NCBI GenBank assembly: GCA_977016875.1
Contig: CDRNST010000414.1
Location: forward strand, 62,001 to 126,000
From: Pavona decussata
Taxonomy: Eukaryota
Length of the DNA: 64,000 nt
Direction of reading: 5' to 3'
In this document: positions 62,023-64,000 of the stretch, one piece after another
How positions within the stretch are numbered: position 1 is the first letter of the stretch
Layout: each line of letters opens with the position of its first letter
The notes under the pieces: model-generated
Database searches by the model: none
What the model was told of the DNA's origin: nothing
The model's input: the letters and a program-made list of their open reading frames with translations, nothing else
Position numbers and translations under genes: made by a program

Positions 62023-62262
62023 CTACAATCCTACTTCTGAGTCTTTGCTTTTTATGCACAGCTTCTCCTTATCTTTGATCTTTCGCTCATTCATTTTTCT
62101 TCTTTTGTTTTTTTCGCCCAACTTCAGGAGCACGGCATCTAGGGTTTCCTGCAGTTTTGAGCATTGGCTCTTAATATCTGAGGCTATCTTCTCCTCTAGG
62201 GCTGCAAGTTTAGATTCCTGCATTTTGGAGCATTGGCACTCAATATCTTCCTTCGGGCACAT
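62023..62262 (-). CDS. Terminal exon of a paralogous TRP-SPRY gene (rest lies beyond the window)
   Basis: ttttcag|ATG TGC CCG AAG GAA GAT (MCPKED) matches MCPRED at 18248. LEEK..LDAVLLKL matches [12 protein letters not shown]. Same strand and phase. Confidence 0.72.
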   Translation of the reverse strand: MCPKEDIECQCSKMQESKLAALEEKIASDIKSQCSKLQETLDAVLLKLGEKNKRRKMNERKIKDKEKLCIKSKDSEVGL

Positions 62263-64000
62263 CTGAAAAGATCCATTAAAATCGTCATTATGTTGTGAAG
62301 CGAAGCCAGGAAAAGAAGAGTTAGCAATAGAAATTCACACGCTGTAAATTACGTATTTAGACGAGGAATAAGCTTAAATTATTAACAAATACATCCATGT
62401 ACAAATTGATGCATGCATGCACACAAAGCTAAATCATTATCAGTAATAAAACGAAGGCGAATTCTTGCCGGCTGTAATTGTGCTATTGAACAAAATTCCA
62501 CAAGAACTAGCAAAATAATGCGTCTTTACTTGTTTCCTCCAAAAAATTATAAAGTATTATAAAGTCAGGAATCCAGAAGTTATTAAAAACAATTCGCTGG
62601 CTTTTGAGACCCCCATTGCTGTGTTCGTTAGGGTTTGATTACAATGGATACCCCCAAACAAGGTTCAACACCCGACTATGATGTTTACGCAAGTTAACCG
62701 ACTTATTTCAGAGTTAACACTGTAAAAATAAAGTTAAAAATCAAAATACTGTACACCTGGAACCCTGGTTCGTTGGTTTTACATGCATATTTTCAGAGAG
62801 TTAGCCAAGCGGTTAGAAATGCTACTCCCTTCGTTGAGAGTTTCCACAACGAATTGAACTGAAGACATTTCCAACGTTTTGTGGAGTAAACATATTTTGT
62901 ATACTCAAAGAAATTGGAAATAATTCGAAGCAATAAGTTTACGAGAAACAAATCGATCGAATTGGTCTGTCCTGATTTGTTTTAAATATACAACAGGCGG
63001 TGTGCGCCACGAAATTTGACCTATCAGAACGCGTTGTTTGATCAGTAGTTTTCGCGTCCACTAACACTGATCAGTCCGGAGAGGTTAGCCTGTTTAAAAT
63101 TTCGTCGTTAGGGAAGTCTGTGATACATTTTTCCCGATTTAAATTCGTTTGAAGTTAGAGGAGTAAATTGGCTTAGTGCTGGTTAAGTTACTTTTCAAAT
63201 TGAAGTGTTTGTTCGCGTTTGTAGCTATGTCAAAGGAGATGACCTCGCGCCTGCCACCATGTTGTTTTGATTGTTGAGTTATCGCTTTTCTTGAGGCTAC
63301 AGCTACGTACTGTTGCCGGGTTTTGCCATTTCTTTCTCTTTTTACACATTAAGCTTGCTTATCCTTTCTACTTGAGAATTTTCGGAGTCTTCCAGGGTCT
63401 ACCCCTTGTGGTTTTCCCGTTGGAAGCCATTGAACTTATAAAGAATCTATGATGAGATGGTGTAAACCAAGTGGATCAACTGCCGGGAAACCGGCTGGAA
63501 AAGCCTACGAACGAATGCTCGAATGCTATTTTCCTCCAACAAATCCAGGAAAGAAAAGTAGATCTCTTTCAACCTAAGATTAAAAATGGGCAAAAACAAT
63601 AAAACATAGACTGTTAGTAGTCGTTCTTTTTTTTCCTCCAGATCATGCGCACTAAGTGGCGGTAAAATTATGCAAATTACGAAAGTGAACTCGTTGCTCG
63701 CGGCTTCACCCGCGCTCGCTAGATCCATCGCGCGCGATAGAACTAAGGAAAAGAGAAAGCCTGCTCGTGTTCTAAATAAAAAAAAGCGTCTAAAGGCAGA
63801 CGTGACGGCACATTATACTAGTACAGTAATAAACATAATAAAATTCTCGCCTTCGATTGTCTCCGAACCGCGAATAAGCGTAACTTATCAGTTAACGAAG
63901 TCGCCTTGTGAATCCAACAAGAAGCATCTACGGCTTATACTAGACCTTTTAGATTTGCCGCGTTACTGTCTTTATTGATACTTTGTAGGAAAGGAAGAAA

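Noticed and set aside
62600-64000. Possible further exons of the second TRP-SPRY paralogue, or a transposase start (MASNGKTTRGRP at about 63430, minus)
   Set aside because: I found no SPRY-like exon, and the frames are short and interrupted; I could not assign them.

Overview
Eukaryotic, AT-rich, intron- and repeat-rich genomic DNA. It is most likely from a stony coral or another anthozoan, an inference from the coral-type PAN/USOMP5-like gene and the SINE and transposon repertoire. I traced splice sites by hand and found four genes. (1) A 4-exon SLC16/MCT10-like MFS transporter (+, 4574-9881, about 445 aa). (2) A 20-coding-exon group-1 TRP channel (-, 45150-17778, about 1010 aa). It has a TRPC-like core but no ankyrin repeats, and it carries a C-terminal SPRY domain followed by a triplicated coiled-coil tail. 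This is the most unusual item in the window. (3) A secreted PAN/apple + fibrinogen-like (USOMP5-type) gene with a frameshift (+, 49870-54680). (4) The last exon of a tandem paralogue of the TRP-SPRY gene (-, 62023-62262). Mobile DNA is diverse: a deleted Kolobok (THAP + KolX/P2X7-ballast-like), an AcademH derivative (RecQ fragment, 9-bp TSD), a hAT5-like element (5-bp TSD), Helentron/DINE-1-like elements, a Crypton relic, a Penelope end with a minimal hammerhead ribozyme, L1/Tx1, CR1/L2 and RTE fragments, tRNA-SINEs, many MITEs and a 470-bp spacerless palindrome. I found no rRNA, true tRNA or CRISPR array. All calls come from reading the sequence; no searches were run.
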